Assembly (NCBI GenBank): GCA_964599625.1
Contig: CAZRGC010000001.1
Span: 179,388-243,387, forward strand
Direction of reading: 5' to 3'
DNA: 64,000 bases
Source of the DNA: an uncultured Gammaproteobacteria bacterium
GTDB taxonomy: Bacteria; Patescibacteriota; Microgenomatia; UBA8517
The notes beneath the pieces were generated by a model that was not told the DNA's origin, searched no databases, and worked only from the letters and a program-made list of their open reading frames with translations. Shown here piece after piece: positions 9,128 through 19,235 of the stretch; the first letter of the stretch is position 1, and each line of letters begins with the position of its first letter. Both the position numbers and the translations under genes were made by a program.

Positions 9128-10475
9128 CATGGCTATTTTAACAATAATTCTTCTGCATATTTTTGGCTTGATTAAACTCAAGTTTACAGCTTGGCCGGAA
9201 ATGCTTCTTTGGCCGTATCTTATGTTAGACGGATGGCTTCCATACAAAGATATAGCCATTGCTCATACACCCAATCTTATTGTGGCACTAAAGGCGTTTT
9301 TCGCTTTGTTTGGGGTGGGGATAATGCAGCTAAAAGTTTTTAGTTGGATTTTGGTTCTGATTTCCGATTTACTATTTCTATTCGTTGTTAGAAGTATGTT
9401 AGTTAAGGAGAACAAAAAACAAAAAAAATTAAAACTTATTTTGGCAGCGCTTTCATTTGTAATTTGGCAGCTTTACTTCGATGGAAACGGCTTGTGGTTT
9501 GAGCTTGCACTCTTGCCTTTGTCGATTATTCTTTTTTTTATGGTTAACAAAAAAGAATACTTTTGGTCGGGCGTAATATTTGCGTTTGCTTTTTTTACCA
9601 AACAGACTGCTGTTTGGTTTTTAATACCGATTTTTTACAGTTTGATACAATCTCAGGGAAAGATAAGACAATCTTTGATAAAGATCGTATCGGGTTCTGC
9701 TGCCGTTTTCGGAATATATATTGTAATTTTTTATATAAACGGATTCGTTTCGGATTTTTATAAATGGGCTTTAGAGTTTGGGATTTTTACCTTGCCAAGA
9801 TCACAAGGTCAAATACAGTTTCCTTCACTCAAGCCGTTGCTTGTTTCACTGTTTCCTTTTACTGTGTTCATTCCACTTCTGCTAAGGAAAGATAAAAAAC
9901 TTTTTAGTCTTTTCCTTTGGGCCTTTGCGGGCGGTTTCGCAGCATATCCCAGGTTCGAATATTTTCATTTTCAGACAGCCGTTCCGTTTTTGGCAATCGC
10001 AACCTCAACTTTTTTTACGCAAAAGTTGCGTGCACTTCACGAAAAGTATTTCTCATTCGTTTATGTCTTGGTCGCTGTTTTCCTGTTTTGCAGTTTTTTC
10101 ATCAGAAACATCTCTGAAGGAGTACGATTTTACGATGCGGATGTGGGTGAACTGCAGAATTATATTCAAAGGAATACTGCAAACGGGGATAGAATATTTG
10201 TGATGAACTACTGGGATATCCTTTATCCTTTAACTGGCACCTATCCAGCCACCAGACCCTGGGTTCCCCAACTGGCTTGGTATCTGAGTCTGCCTGGAGT
10301 TGAGAATCAAATGACAGAAAATTTGGCAGAAACCCACCCCAAACTAATAATACTCAACCGTTATACGGATTCCGGGTTGTCCTCATATGTACCAACAGGT
10401 CTTTATGAACATGTTCTCAAAAATTACAAGTTCAAAGAAAGGGTTGCCGGTATGGATGTGTTTGTACCTCAATGA
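9117..10475 (+). CDS. Polytopic membrane protein, GT-C-fold glycosyltransferase-like. The start is TTG at 9117 or ATG at 9129.
   Basis: It has about 11 hydrophobic helices spread over 452 aa and immediately follows a GT2 gene. Confidence 0.45.
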   Translation: MVISMAILTIILLHIFGLIKLKFTAWPEMLLWPYLMLDGWLPYKDIAIAHTPNLIVALKAFFALFGVGIMQLKVFSWILVLISDLLFLFVVRSMLVKENKKQKKLKLILAALSFVIWQLYFDGNGLWFELALLPLSIILFFMVNKKEYFWSGVIFAFAFFTKQTAVWFLIPIFYSLIQSQGKIRQSLIKIVSGSAAVFGIYIVIFYINGFVSDFYKWALEFGIFTLPRSQGQIQFPSLKPLLVSLFPFTVFIPLLLRKDKKLFSLFLWAFAGGFAAYPRFEYFHFQTAVPFLAIATSTFFTQKLRALHEKYFSFVYVLVAVFLFCSFFIRNISEGVRFYDADVGELQNYIQRNTANGDRIFVMNYWDILYPLTGTYPATRPWVPQLAWYLSLPGVENQMTENLAETHPKLIILNRYTDSGLSSYVPTGLYEHVLKNYKFKERVAGMDVFVPQ

Positions 10476-11737
10476 AAAATTTTTTGATGGATAAGAAAAC
10501 TCTTATTTGGTTTTTGGTAATTACAATTCTCTCTATTTTTGTTCATTTCCGTAATTACCACGGTTTGCTTAATTTTAGCCTAGATCCGCCTGCTCATATT
10601 ACGGAGGCAAAACAAATTGTCGAGTCCGGGAAACTAAACTTAGTTGGCCCGCCTATAACTAGCAAAGAGGTTTTGGGTAGAGTTATTTTTTTGGGACCAT
10701 TCTATTACTATGTATTAGAGTTTCTGGGTGTTGTTTTAAGTTGGGATATCTACCTTATAAGCATTGTCTTTACGTCAGTTTGGTTTGCCACAGCAATTAT
10801 TATTTTTGCAATTATTTACAAAAACTTTGGCGGATATCTTGGCTTGCTGTTTTATTCCGCAGTCTCATTTGCCCCGATTTTTGTAGTGTTCTCTAGGCAG
10901 ATATGGAACCTGCAGTTTGTGCCATTGTTTGCAGCTTTGTTTTTGTCGTTTTTGTTGGCCAGGTCAAAAAAAATCAACCTTTTTTGGGTAGGGATATCCC
11001 TGGGGCTTGGGTTTAATGTACATTATGCCTCCATATTTTGGATATTAATTGCAATACCTTTTTTGCTGGAAGACGTTAGGTTGAAGAAATTTAACCTTTC
11101 CGGTTGGTTAATGATTCCCTTGGGTGTTTTGGCCGCCGAAATGCCGCTTCTTCTGTTTGAAATCAGGCACAACTTTTACAATTTGCGTACAGTTATGTTT
11201 CACCTCCAATATGCCGAGATTTCTGCAGGCTATAAGTTTGGGCTTTGGTATTACTATGTACTGCCTCTTTTTCCAATTCTTGTTTATTTTTTTTGTAAAT
11301 TTATTCACAAAGTTAAAAATTCAAACTTGTATAAAATTTCTACCACGCTAATTATGATTGCAGTACCTCTTTTATTTTTTGACTCGTTGTTTTTCAAAGG
11401 GCAGGAGACCTTGCATCCTCCGGGATGGTCAATTGTTGCACAAAAAAAAGTTGCCGCGATTATTAAAGAAGAAAACGAAAACGAATTTGAAGTTGCTCAA
11501 ACTATTACTTCCGACACCAGATCGCAAGACCTTAGATGGTGGCTCGGTCAAAAAGGTATAAATGTTTTAGACTTTAAAAGCTATCCAAGTGCAAAAATAT
11601 TATATTTAGTAACAACAAGGTCGCGCCCGCCGGAAAAAGAAGGTGTTTGGGAGGTGTCATCGTTCAGGCCTTTTGAAGTTGTGTATGAAAAAGAGCTCGG
11701 TGAAGGTTTACTATTATATAAGTTGAGTAAAAAATGA
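10472..11737 (+). CDS. Polytopic membrane protein, GT-C-fold (GT39/GT83 ArnT/PMT-like) glycosyltransferase-like.
   Basis: The N-terminal TM region carries an early periplasmic-loop segment and ends in a soluble C-terminal domain. An ATGA overlap with the upstream gene suggests translational coupling. Confidence 0.5.
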   Translation: MKNFLMDKKTLIWFLVITILSIFVHFRNYHGLLNFSLDPPAHITEAKQIVESGKLNLVGPPITSKEVLGRVIFLGPFYYYVLEFLGVVLSWDIYLISIVFTSVWFATAIIIFAIIYKNFGGYLGLLFYSAVSFAPIFVVFSRQIWNLQFVPLFAALFLSFLLARSKKINLFWVGISLGLGFNVHYASIFWILIAIPFLLEDVRLKKFNLSGWLMIPLGVLAAEMPLLLFEIRHNFYNLRTVMFHLQYAEISAGYKFGLWYYYVLPLFPILVYFFCKFIHKVKNSNLYKISTTLIMIAVPLLFFDSLFFKGQETLHPPGWSIVAQKKVAAIIKEENENEFEVAQTITSDTRSQDLRWWLGQKGINVLDFKSYPSAKILYLVTTRSRPPEKEGVWEVSSFRPFEVVYEKELGEGLLLYKLSKK

Positions 11738-12744
11738 AAATACTATTCATCAACATATATCAGAATAGTGTAAATAGGGGAGCAGAAACTTTTGTTAAAG
11801 AAATTTCCAAACGAATTACTGGAGATGTTGACATTATTTCTGGAAATGCAAAAGTGTCAAAAAGGTGGCCGCTTTTGTGGCGATTCTTTATCGATCTTAA
11901 TGGGGTTCAGATTGCCTTGTTTACCTTAAGGAATTTACTCAAAATTGCAAAATCCAGATATGATGTGATAATTCCCCTGAATGGTGGTTGGCAGGTAAGG
12001 ATGCTTCGCCTGCTTACATGGATAATAGGCGGCAAGCTTGTGGTTTCGGGGCAGTCGGGTGACGGGTGGGACGATAGGAACAATCTCTGGGCCTTTCCAG
12101 ATGTGTTTGTTGCACTCACGAAAAAATCCGAAAAATGGGCAAAAAAAGTTAATCCTTATATAAATGTAATCTCCATTGGTAACGGTGTTGATATAGAGAT
12201 GTTCAAGCCAAAAGGGGATGTGTATGCTTCCGGTTTGGAGCGACCGGTAATTTTGGCCTCCGGAGCATTTACAAAACAAAAAAGATTGGATTTGACAATA
12301 GAGGCAGTTGCAATGCTTCGAGACGCCAGTCTTCTTATCGCAGGGGCCGACGGCCCCAATAGTAAATTTTTAAGAGAGTTGGGAACAAGTAAGTTAGGCG
12401 ATAGGTTTAAAATGATTTCTGTTTCTTATACTACAATGCCGTCTGTATATAGAAGTGCTGACCTATTCACTTTGGTTTCTGGGTCATCAGAATCTTTCGG
12501 CAATGTTTATGTCGAAGCGATGGCCTCAAACCTACCGATTGTTGCGACAGATGATCCACAAAGGCATGAGGTGGTTGGAGAGGCGGGTTTGTTTGTGAAT
12601 CCTGAAGATGTTGACGCATATAGCAATATGTTGAGAACCGCTCTAAAGCGAAAGTGGGCCAACATACCTATTAATGCTTCCAAAAAATATTCATGGGATG
12701 AGGTTGCAAAAAAGTACGAAGGGCTTTTTAGTGATTTAATATGA
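11734..12744 (+). CDS. GT4 (GT-B) glycosyltransferase.
   Basis: It has the C-terminal 'ESFGNVYVEAMASNLPIVATDDP' EX7E-type motif. Confidence 0.75.
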   Translation: MKILFINIYQNSVNRGAETFVKEISKRITGDVDIISGNAKVSKRWPLLWRFFIDLNGVQIALFTLRNLLKIAKSRYDVIIPLNGGWQVRMLRLLTWIIGGKLVVSGQSGDGWDDRNNLWAFPDVFVALTKKSEKWAKKVNPYINVISIGNGVDIEMFKPKGDVYASGLERPVILASGAFTKQKRLDLTIEAVAMLRDASLLIAGADGPNSKFLRELGTSKLGDRFKMISVSYTTMPSVYRSADLFTLVSGSSESFGNVYVEAMASNLPIVATDDPQRHEVVGEAGLFVNPEDVDAYSNMLRTALKRKWANIPINASKKYSWDEVAKKYEGLFSDLI

Positions 12745-13577
12745 AATTATCTGTTGTTATTCCGTCATTTAATGACAAAGCTGATTTGGAAAAATGCCTT
12801 GAGTCTTTGGGCTCTCAGACTATACGCGATTTCGAGATCATTGTTGTTGACGACGGCTCAACTGATGGCACGAGCAATATGCTATCCGGTCTTACTAAAG
12901 TAATATCCAACTTCCAATTTATTCAGGCATCACATGTTGGGGCGGGTGGTGCACGAAATCTGGGTGCCCAAAAAGCAAAGGGGGACATTTTGGTTTTTGT
13001 AGACTCAGACATGACCTTTGACCGGTTTTTTTTGGAAAAACTTGTTCGCCCTATTACAGCAGGTGAAAAAGGAACCTTTAGTAAAGAAGAGTTTGTGTCA
13101 AACTGGGAAAATGTTTGGTCCAGGTGTTGGAATATTAACGAGGGTTGGGAAGAAAAAAGACGCCACCCCAAACATTATCCCGATTCACAGCCTGTGTTTC
13201 GGGCTATCCTCAAAAGTGAATTTGACAGAGTTGGCGGTTTTACTCCCGGGGGGTACGATGACGATTGGAGTTTGAGCAAAAAGTTGGGCTATCTTGCCAA
13301 ATCTGCCCCTGGAGCAATTTTTTATCACAAAAACCCATCCAGACTTTCGGAGATTTTTAAACATGCAAAATGGGTAGCAAAAAGAAAATATAAGTTTGGG
13401 GGATTTGGTTTGTTTATCTCACTTTTCAGGTCCTCTTTCCCTGTATCGCTGCTTGTGGGTGTCTATAAATCAGTTCTGTCCGGAGTTTTTGAATATATTG
13501 TGTTCAAGATAGTTTACGACGCCGGTATATTTTTCGGCATACTGGAATTTATAGTTACGAAAAAAGGTTATAAATAA
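12741..13577 (+). CDS. GT2 glycosyltransferase, a candidate polyprenol-phosphate sugar synthase paired with the downstream GT-C enzyme.
   Basis: It has 'LSVVIPSFNDKADLEKCLESL...EIIVVDDGSTDGT' and a 'VDSDM' DxD. It directly precedes a GT-C gene with a 2-nt gap. Confidence 0.8.
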   Translation: MKLSVVIPSFNDKADLEKCLESLGSQTIRDFEIIVVDDGSTDGTSNMLSGLTKVISNFQFIQASHVGAGGARNLGAQKAKGDILVFVDSDMTFDRFFLEKLVRPITAGEKGTFSKEEFVSNWENVWSRCWNINEGWEEKRRHPKHYPDSQPVFRAILKSEFDRVGGFTPGGYDDDWSLSKKLGYLAKSAPGAIFYHKNPSRLSEIFKHAKWVAKRKYKFGGFGLFISLFRSSFPVSLLVGVYKSVLSGVFEYIVFKIVYDAGIFFGILEFIVTKKGYK

Positions 13578-13579
13578 AT

Positions 13580-14929
13580 ATGAAAGCAACAATTAATAAA
13601 ATTAACTTAAACAACTATTATTTTTTCGGGATTTTGATTATTGCTGTTATTTTTAGATTGATTTCACTTAATCAGTCGTTGTGGTTAGATGAAGCAACAA
13701 CCGCAAGTGTTTCGGTCATGAGTTTTGGGCAGATATTCCGCAACTTTCTACCCGGTGATTTTCACCCTCCGTTTTATTACGTTTTAATGAAATTTTGGGT
13801 TGACGTATTTGGAAACTCTGAAACTTCTTTGAGAGTGCCATCAATTATCTTTGGTTTGGGCACAGTTGTTATGATTTACAAAATCGGGCGGTTAAAATTC
13901 ACAAACAGGGAATCACTAACAGCATCTTTTCTCGCTGCAACTTCAGGGCTTCTTGTTTACTATTCGCAGGAAGCCAGAATGTACTCGCTAGTGGTTTTTC
14001 TTGTTTGCTGTGCATTTTATTTTTTCCTAAAAAGCCGTTGGTTTTTTTTATCGGTTACATTGGCTCTTTTGGCAGCAACTGACTACGTAGCGCTTTCAAT
14101 TATTCCCGTTCTTTTTATAATTTCGAAAAACAGACGCCAATTTGTGATGGCTCTGATACCACTTTTTGTGTTTTTCTTGTTTTGGGCTCAAACTTTTTTA
14201 ACTCAATTAGGTTTTGGATTCAAAGTTTCCGGTACACCATGGGGCAACCTTTTGGGGCCTGCAACTGTCAAAAATGTATTACTTATTCCGGTTAAATTTA
14301 TCATCGGCAGAGTGTCGATAGACAATATTTGGTCGTATACACTCACAATGTCCGTTGTCGTATTGGTATTTGCATATTTAACTTACAAAGTTCGTAGAAG
14401 CTATAAAGAGATTTGGCTTTGGGCAGTGTTGCCTCTTACGATCGGGATTCTCGTAAGTCTGAAAATACCAACACTTACTTATTTCAGGTTTATTTTTGTT
14501 CTGCCAGCTTTTTATCTTCTTTTGTCCGCAGGGATTTGGAGCAGTAAAAAGTTTAGTTTTGTATTTATGGCTATAGTGGCAACTGTGAATTTGGTCTCAA
14601 CGATAACGTATCTTTATAACCCCAAATTCCAAAGAGAAGATTGGAGGGGGGCAGTCACTCTTATTGAATCCCAAAGGCCCAGAAACTCACTGGTTGTATT
14701 TGTAACCCGTTCCAACTGGGAAGCTTACAAATATTATGCCCCGGATGCTAAAATTGTCGATCCATCTATGGTCACACCAGGTCATGAAAATATATATTTA
14801 ATGAGATATGTTTACGAAATTTTTGATCCAAAGGACACTGCAAGATTGAAAATACTTTCGGAAGGGTATGTTTTTGACGGTACGATTTCTCAGGGGGGCA
14901 TTGAGGCATATCGATTTAAACAAAGATGA
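13580..14929 (+). CDS. GT-C glycosyltransferase of the GT39/GT83 (ArnT/PMT-like) type.
   Basis: It has the first-loop 'SLWLDEATTA' signature (DE motif) of polyprenol-P-sugar-dependent GT-C enzymes, about 11 TM helices and a C-terminal soluble domain. Confidence 0.65.
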   Translation: MKATINKINLNNYYFFGILIIAVIFRLISLNQSLWLDEATTASVSVMSFGQIFRNFLPGDFHPPFYYVLMKFWVDVFGNSETSLRVPSIIFGLGTVVMIYKIGRLKFTNRESLTASFLAATSGLLVYYSQEARMYSLVVFLVCCAFYFFLKSRWFFLSVTLALLAATDYVALSIIPVLFIISKNRRQFVMALIPLFVFFLFWAQTFLTQLGFGFKVSGTPWGNLLGPATVKNVLLIPVKFIIGRVSIDNIWSYTLTMSVVVLVFAYLTYKVRRSYKEIWLWAVLPLTIGILVSLKIPTLTYFRFIFVLPAFYLLLSAGIWSSKKFSFVFMAIVATVNLVSTITYLYNPKFQREDWRGAVTLIESQRPRNSLVVFVTRSNWEAYKYYAPDAKIVDPSMVTPGHENIYLMRYVYEIFDPKDTARLKILSEGYVFDGTISQGGIEAYRFKQR

Positions 14930-16029
14930 AAATAGCTATAGATATTTCACAGACGGTTTACGATACAGGCGTCTCCCACTATGTCAAAAATCTAGTCACA
15001 AATTTATTGAAGGTTGATAAAGATAACACATATTTACTCTTTGCAGGGACACTTAGGCAGAAACCTAAAATTTACGAATTTACAGATAGTCTAAGCGGCA
15101 ACTTCACAGTTAAAACTTTCCCCATACCTCCGGTTGCAACTGATTTTTTTTGGAATGGTCTGCATATAGGTTATATAGAAAAGTTAATCGGAGGCTGTGA
15201 CATTGTTCATACATCAGACTGGGCCGAGCCTCCCAGTAGGGTGCCAAAAGTAACCACCGTGCATGATTTGGCACCCATACTTCACCCTGGACTTTTTCCA
15301 AGGGACAAGGTGAGAGACATTGTAAGAGTGCATGCAAAAAGACTTTCTTGGGTGAGGAAGGAATCTTCTTTTATCATAACTCCATCAGAGGCTACCAAAG
15401 TTGATATGGAGAAACTGGATTTTGACAGTTCCAAGATACGTGTTGTGCACGAAGCTGTAAATGTAAATTTTGCAAAATCAAAAATTGAAGAAATTGACGA
15501 GATCAAAAAGAAATACAAAATTTCCGGGGATTACCTTTTAGCAGTTGGAACCGACCCCCGTAAAAACGCAAAGAATATAATTGAAGCCTTCAAAAGGGTT
15601 ATGCCGGGAAGAGACTTGAAACTTGTGTTTATTGGCTCGGACAAATATTCGCAAATTGTTGATGAAAGAAATATCAGATTCGCAGGTCACGTGCCCACAG
15701 ATGATCTGCCAAAATTTTATTCAGCAGCATCAGCTTTGGTTTACCCATCGTTTTACGAGGGTTTTGGACTGCCCATACTGGAAGCTTTTGCTTGTGGATG
15801 TCCTGTTGTTACCTCCAATATTTCGTCAATGGCCGAGGTTGCGGGGGACGCTGCGGCACTTGTTGACCCTTACAGTATTGACTCTATCGTCTCGGGAGTC
15901 GAAAGTGTTCTTCGTGCACCCAAATCATTTATCGAAAAAGGACACAAGCGTGCCAAAGATTTTTCTTGGGAAGATACTGCCAAAAAAACGTTGGAAGTCT
16001 ACAGTTTGGCTTTACAAAAACACAAATGA
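14926..16029 (+). CDS. GT4 glycosyltransferase.
   Basis: It has 'FYEGFGLPILEAFACGCPVVTSNISSMAEVAG'. Confidence 0.8.
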   Translation: MKIAIDISQTVYDTGVSHYVKNLVTNLLKVDKDNTYLLFAGTLRQKPKIYEFTDSLSGNFTVKTFPIPPVATDFFWNGLHIGYIEKLIGGCDIVHTSDWAEPPSRVPKVTTVHDLAPILHPGLFPRDKVRDIVRVHAKRLSWVRKESSFIITPSEATKVDMEKLDFDSSKIRVVHEAVNVNFAKSKIEEIDEIKKKYKISGDYLLAVGTDPRKNAKNIIEAFKRVMPGRDLKLVFIGSDKYSQIVDERNIRFAGHVPTDDLPKFYSAASALVYPSFYEGFGLPILEAFACGCPVVTSNISSMAEVAGDAAALVDPYSIDSIVSGVESVLRAPKSFIEKGHKRAKDFSWEDTAKKTLEVYSLALQKHK

Positions 16030-17147
16030 TTATTGGAATTGATGGGAACGAGGCAAATGTGGCGAATAGAGTAGGTATCAATGTTTACGGCTTCGAGCTC
16101 CTGCGGTCCATGCACCGACTACAGGAGGAATGGGAAAATGATGTTGAGCTCATAGTTTATCTTAAGAATACCCCCGTTTTTGACATGCCGAAAGAAACGC
16201 AAAAATTCAAATATAAAGTTATCCGGGGTGGTGGGAACTGGATTATGCAAAAACTCATACCTGATTTGTTTCTGTCATCACCAAGGCCTGATATTTTTTT
16301 CTCACCCAGCCACTATGTGCCACTCTTGTCACCGATACCCGTTGTTTGTTCTATTATGGACCTTGGTTATCTCGAATTTTCGGGGCAATTCAGAAAAAAA
16401 GACTTTTGGCAGTTAAGGTTGTGGAGTGCTAGCAGCATATATATATCAAAAGCAATCATTGCTATATCAAACAGTACAAAGTCAGACATTGTACGACACT
16501 ATCCCAGTTCAAAAAACAAAATATATACTACCCCGCTGGGCTACGACAAAAGTAGATTTAATAAACAAATTTCATCAAATGATGTGCGACGTGTAAAGAA
16601 AAAATACTCCATAGTTGATGACTATGTGTTATACATTGGCACCCTCAAGCCAAGTAAAAATATTAAGACTGTTGTGGAAGCCATTGGTCAAATCAAAGAT
16701 GTAAAACTTGTAGTTGCTGGCAAGAAGGGATGGTTGTTCCAAGATATATACGACAAGGTAAAAGAACTTAGTTTGGAGAAAAGAGTGATTTTCACAGATT
16801 TTGTCACAGAAGAGGACAAGCCGGCACTAATTAAGGGGGCAAAATTATTGGTGCTGGCTTCTTTCTGGGAGGGTTTCGGCTTGGATGTGCTAAACGCAAT
16901 GGCCTGCGGTGTCCCTGTGGTTGTTTCGGATCGCGGTTCTCTTCCTGAAGTGGTTGGTGGTGCTGGCATATTGGTTGATCCAACCGACACAAACAGCATC
17001 CGGGAGGGAATAGAAAAAGTACTTTTTATGTCTAGTGAGAGTTATAATGATTTATCAGAAAGAGTAGTTTCGCGCGCTAACACTTTTTCCTGGGACGATA
17101 CCGCAAAGAAAACACTTGAAGTACTAAAAAAATATGCTAAAAGATAA
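16026..17147 (+). CDS. GT4 glycosyltransferase, a tandem paralogue of the previous gene.
   Basis: It has 'FWEGFGLDVLNAMACGVPVVVSDRGSLPEVVG'. I chose the start at ATG 16026 (ATGA overlap with the upstream stop), not the longer ORF-track start at 15966. Confidence 0.8.
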   Translation: MIIGIDGNEANVANRVGINVYGFELLRSMHRLQEEWENDVELIVYLKNTPVFDMPKETQKFKYKVIRGGGNWIMQKLIPDLFLSSPRPDIFFSPSHYVPLLSPIPVVCSIMDLGYLEFSGQFRKKDFWQLRLWSASSIYISKAIIAISNSTKSDIVRHYPSSKNKIYTTPLGYDKSRFNKQISSNDVRRVKKKYSIVDDYVLYIGTLKPSKNIKTVVEAIGQIKDVKLVVAGKKGWLFQDIYDKVKELSLEKRVIFTDFVTEEDKPALIKGAKLLVLASFWEGFGLDVLNAMACGVPVVVSDRGSLPEVVGGAGILVDPTDTNSIREGIEKVLFMSSESYNDLSERVVSRANTFSWDDTAKKTLEVLKKYAKR

Positions 17148-17730
17148 AACAGGAAAAATTCTCACTCCGAGGGAGATCTTGTCAAAGGTAATTGTAAGGT
17201 TTTACAACTATATTTTGGATTTGGAGCTAATGGTTCTGAGAACTGTTGGCAGTATTCCCTCACACTCGTTAAGAAAGATGTTTTACAGGCTGGCGGGTGT
17301 AAAAATAGGTAAAGGATCATCTTTACATATGTGGGCAAATTTTTTTGAGCCCTCAAACATATCAATCGGCGAAGATTCAATCATTGGTGACCATGTTTTT
17401 CTTGACGGGCGAGACACTTTATCAATAGGAAGTCATGTGGATATTGCTTCTTATGTAATGATTTATAATTCCGAGCATGATGTTGAAAGCCCCGGATTTT
17501 CGGCAGTTTTGGGAAAGGTAGAGATAAAAGACTATGTTTTTGTCGGCCCAAGGGCCATTATTTTACCGGGTGTGGTTGTGGGCAAGGGTGCCGTTGTGGC
17601 TGCCGGTGCCGTTGTAACAAAAGATGTGCCTGATTTTGCTATTGTCGGCGGTGTTCCTGCTAAAGTAATTTCGGAAAGGAAAAATAAAAATCTCCGTTAC
17701 AAGTTGGGCCGGGCTCGTCTTTTTCAGTAA
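17134..17730 (+). CDS. Hexapeptide-repeat (left-handed beta-helix) acetyltransferase, probably a sugar O-acetyltransferase.
   Basis: It has imperfect hexapeptide repeats ('IGEDSIIGDHVFLDG...IGSHVDIASYVMIYN...VGPRAIILPGVVVGKGAVVAAGAVV'). Confidence 0.8.
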   Translation: MLKDKTGKILTPREILSKVIVRFYNYILDLELMVLRTVGSIPSHSLRKMFYRLAGVKIGKGSSLHMWANFFEPSNISIGEDSIIGDHVFLDGRDTLSIGSHVDIASYVMIYNSEHDVESPGFSAVLGKVEIKDYVFVGPRAIILPGVVVGKGAVVAAGAVVTKDVPDFAIVGGVPAKVISERKNKNLRYKLGRARLFQ

Positions 17731-18266
17731 TGAAGCAATTTTTGAAATTCATAGTTTGTATCTTTTTTGTTTTGTTTGTTTTATATCAGCTGATTCCAGG
17801 GCCGCAGTTTCCGCCTCCGCCACCCGATTCAATTCAATCATTCGAACCCGCAGATAGCGAATCTCCGCTTAGACGGGCCTATTTTACTAATTACACAAGA
17901 TCGGAGGTAATGTCCTGGTACAAAAGTAATTTTGACAAAACAGGGGTCGAATGGCTTAAATTTTATTCGATAAATTTGAACTATGGACCCGAAGAAGCCC
18001 CTGGAATTATACGTGATCAAACCAGAAGCACATTTTTGGAAGAACTGGCACACCCCTTTAGGGAGAGTGTATATATCAACGGATTTGAACCAAAGGACCC
18101 AAAAGATGATATTTTTATTGAAGGTAAGCACTGGAGGCAGAAAATCATAGTCAGATACATTCCATCAAATGTGTATGTCAGGTTAGTTTTTGTTGCATCT
18201 GTGGCCACCGCGCTTTGGATTACAGTTAAAAAGGGTAAGAACATCCTAAGTAATAAAAGCAATTAA
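17730..18266 (+). CDS. Hypothetical bitopic membrane protein with an N-terminal TM, a PPPPP tract and a C-terminal TM.
   Basis: The ORF carries 'FIVCIFFVLFVLYQLI' then 'PQFPPPPPD' and a C-terminal 'VRLVFVASVATALWITV'. I recognise no family. Confidence 0.45.
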   Translation: MKQFLKFIVCIFFVLFVLYQLIPGPQFPPPPPDSIQSFEPADSESPLRRAYFTNYTRSEVMSWYKSNFDKTGVEWLKFYSINLNYGPEEAPGIIRDQTRSTFLEELAHPFRESVYINGFEPKDPKDDIFIEGKHWRQKIIVRYIPSNVYVRLVFVASVATALWITVKKGKNILSNKSN

Positions 18267-18311
18267 CAAGTTGGGTTTCACTTTGTCTGGTTATGGCTAT
18301 ATAATTTCAGT

Positions 18312-19235
18312 ATGAACCCGGACTTATCTATAGTAATAGTGTCCACAAACATCGAAGATCTGCTGAGGAAGTGCCTTAAATCTATTTCCCCTGCCATAAA
18401 AAATCTTTCAGCCGAAGTGATTGTTGTAGACAATGCCTCCAGCGACAACACTCCAAATATGGTGGCCAAGGAATTTCCGTGGGTGAAGCTTATAAGAAAA
18501 AGTGAGAATAGAGGTTTTGGAGCAAATAACAACTTTGGAATGAAGGTTGCCAAAGGCCGTTACATTTTGCTTTTGAATTCTGACACAGAGATTATAGACA
18601 AGGATATTTTTAACGGAATGGTTGAATGGATGGATTCTCATCCCGAAGTAGGGGTTTCAAGCTGCGCACTTGTAAATCCTGATAAAAAGACATTTCAAGG
18701 TTCAGGTGGTTCGTTCCCGGATCTTTTCAGAGTGTTCGCATGGATGTTTTTTATAGATGATATTCCGGGGCTTGATAACTTAATAAAACCATATCATCCA
18801 ATGCACAGCTTCTCGCCGTTAAACAAAAACGAAAGCTATTTCAAAAAAGAACACGAGCAGGATTGGCTGACCGGAGCGTTTTATTTAATGAGAAAAAAAG
18901 CCATGGACCAGGCAGGGCTTTTTGATGAAGACTTCTTTTTGTATGTGGAAGAGGTGGAGCTGTCATACAGATTTAAAAAGTATGGATGGAAGGTATGGTA
19001 TTTGCCGAGATGGAAGACGTTGCATTATGGCATGGTCACCAATGGAAGCGAAAAAGCTATGGTTTTTGAGATGCAGAATATTAAACTTTTTTACAAAAAA
19101 CATATGCCTTTCTGGCAGCTTCCGCTTTTGACACTTATACTTAAACTTGGGGCACTTATTAGAATTATTATTTTTGGCCTTTTAAGCGGTCCAAAAGTTG
19201 CAAAAATTTATGCAAAAGCGTTCATGGCTACTTGA
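18312..19235 (+). CDS. GT2 glycosyltransferase.
   Basis: It has 'LSIVIVSTNIEDLLRKCLKSI...VIVVDNASSDNT' and an 'NSDTE' DxD-like motif. Confidence 0.8.
   Translation: MNPDLSIVIVSTNIEDLLRKCLKSISPAIKNLSAEVIVVDNASSDNTPNMVAKEFPWVKLIRKSENRGFGANNNFGMKVAKGRYILLLNSDTEIIDKDIFNGMVEWMDSHPEVGVSSCALVNPDKKTFQGSGGSFPDLFRVFAWMFFIDDIPGLDNLIKPYHPMHSFSPLNKNESYFKKEHEQDWLTGAFYLMRKKAMDQAGLFDEDFFLYVEEVELSYRFKKYGWKVWYLPRWKTLHYGMVTNGSEKAMVFEMQNIKLFYKKHMPFWQLPLLTLILKLGALIRIIIFGLLSGPKVAKIYAKAFMAT

Noticed and set aside
15966-16025. Long 5' extensions of ORF-track starts, e.g. 15966 for the second GT4, 25206, 27523 (GTG), 28232 (TTG), 45559, 48865.
   Set aside because: Internal ATGs that create ATGA or TAATG overlaps with the upstream stop, or are preceded by a Shine-Dalgarno-like motif, give N-termini matching family consensus (e.g. 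'MIIGIDG', 'MFTDVSDL' for MurE, 'MKTIQGKSFKDLTTFGIGG' for MurB). The extensions encode no conserved sequence.
17134-17730. Assigning the stand-alone LbH protein as the missing GlmU acetyltransferase half.
   Set aside because: It lies 28 kb away in the glycan island, not with glmU. Short LbH O-acetyltransferases are common in polysaccharide loci, so the evidence is insufficient.
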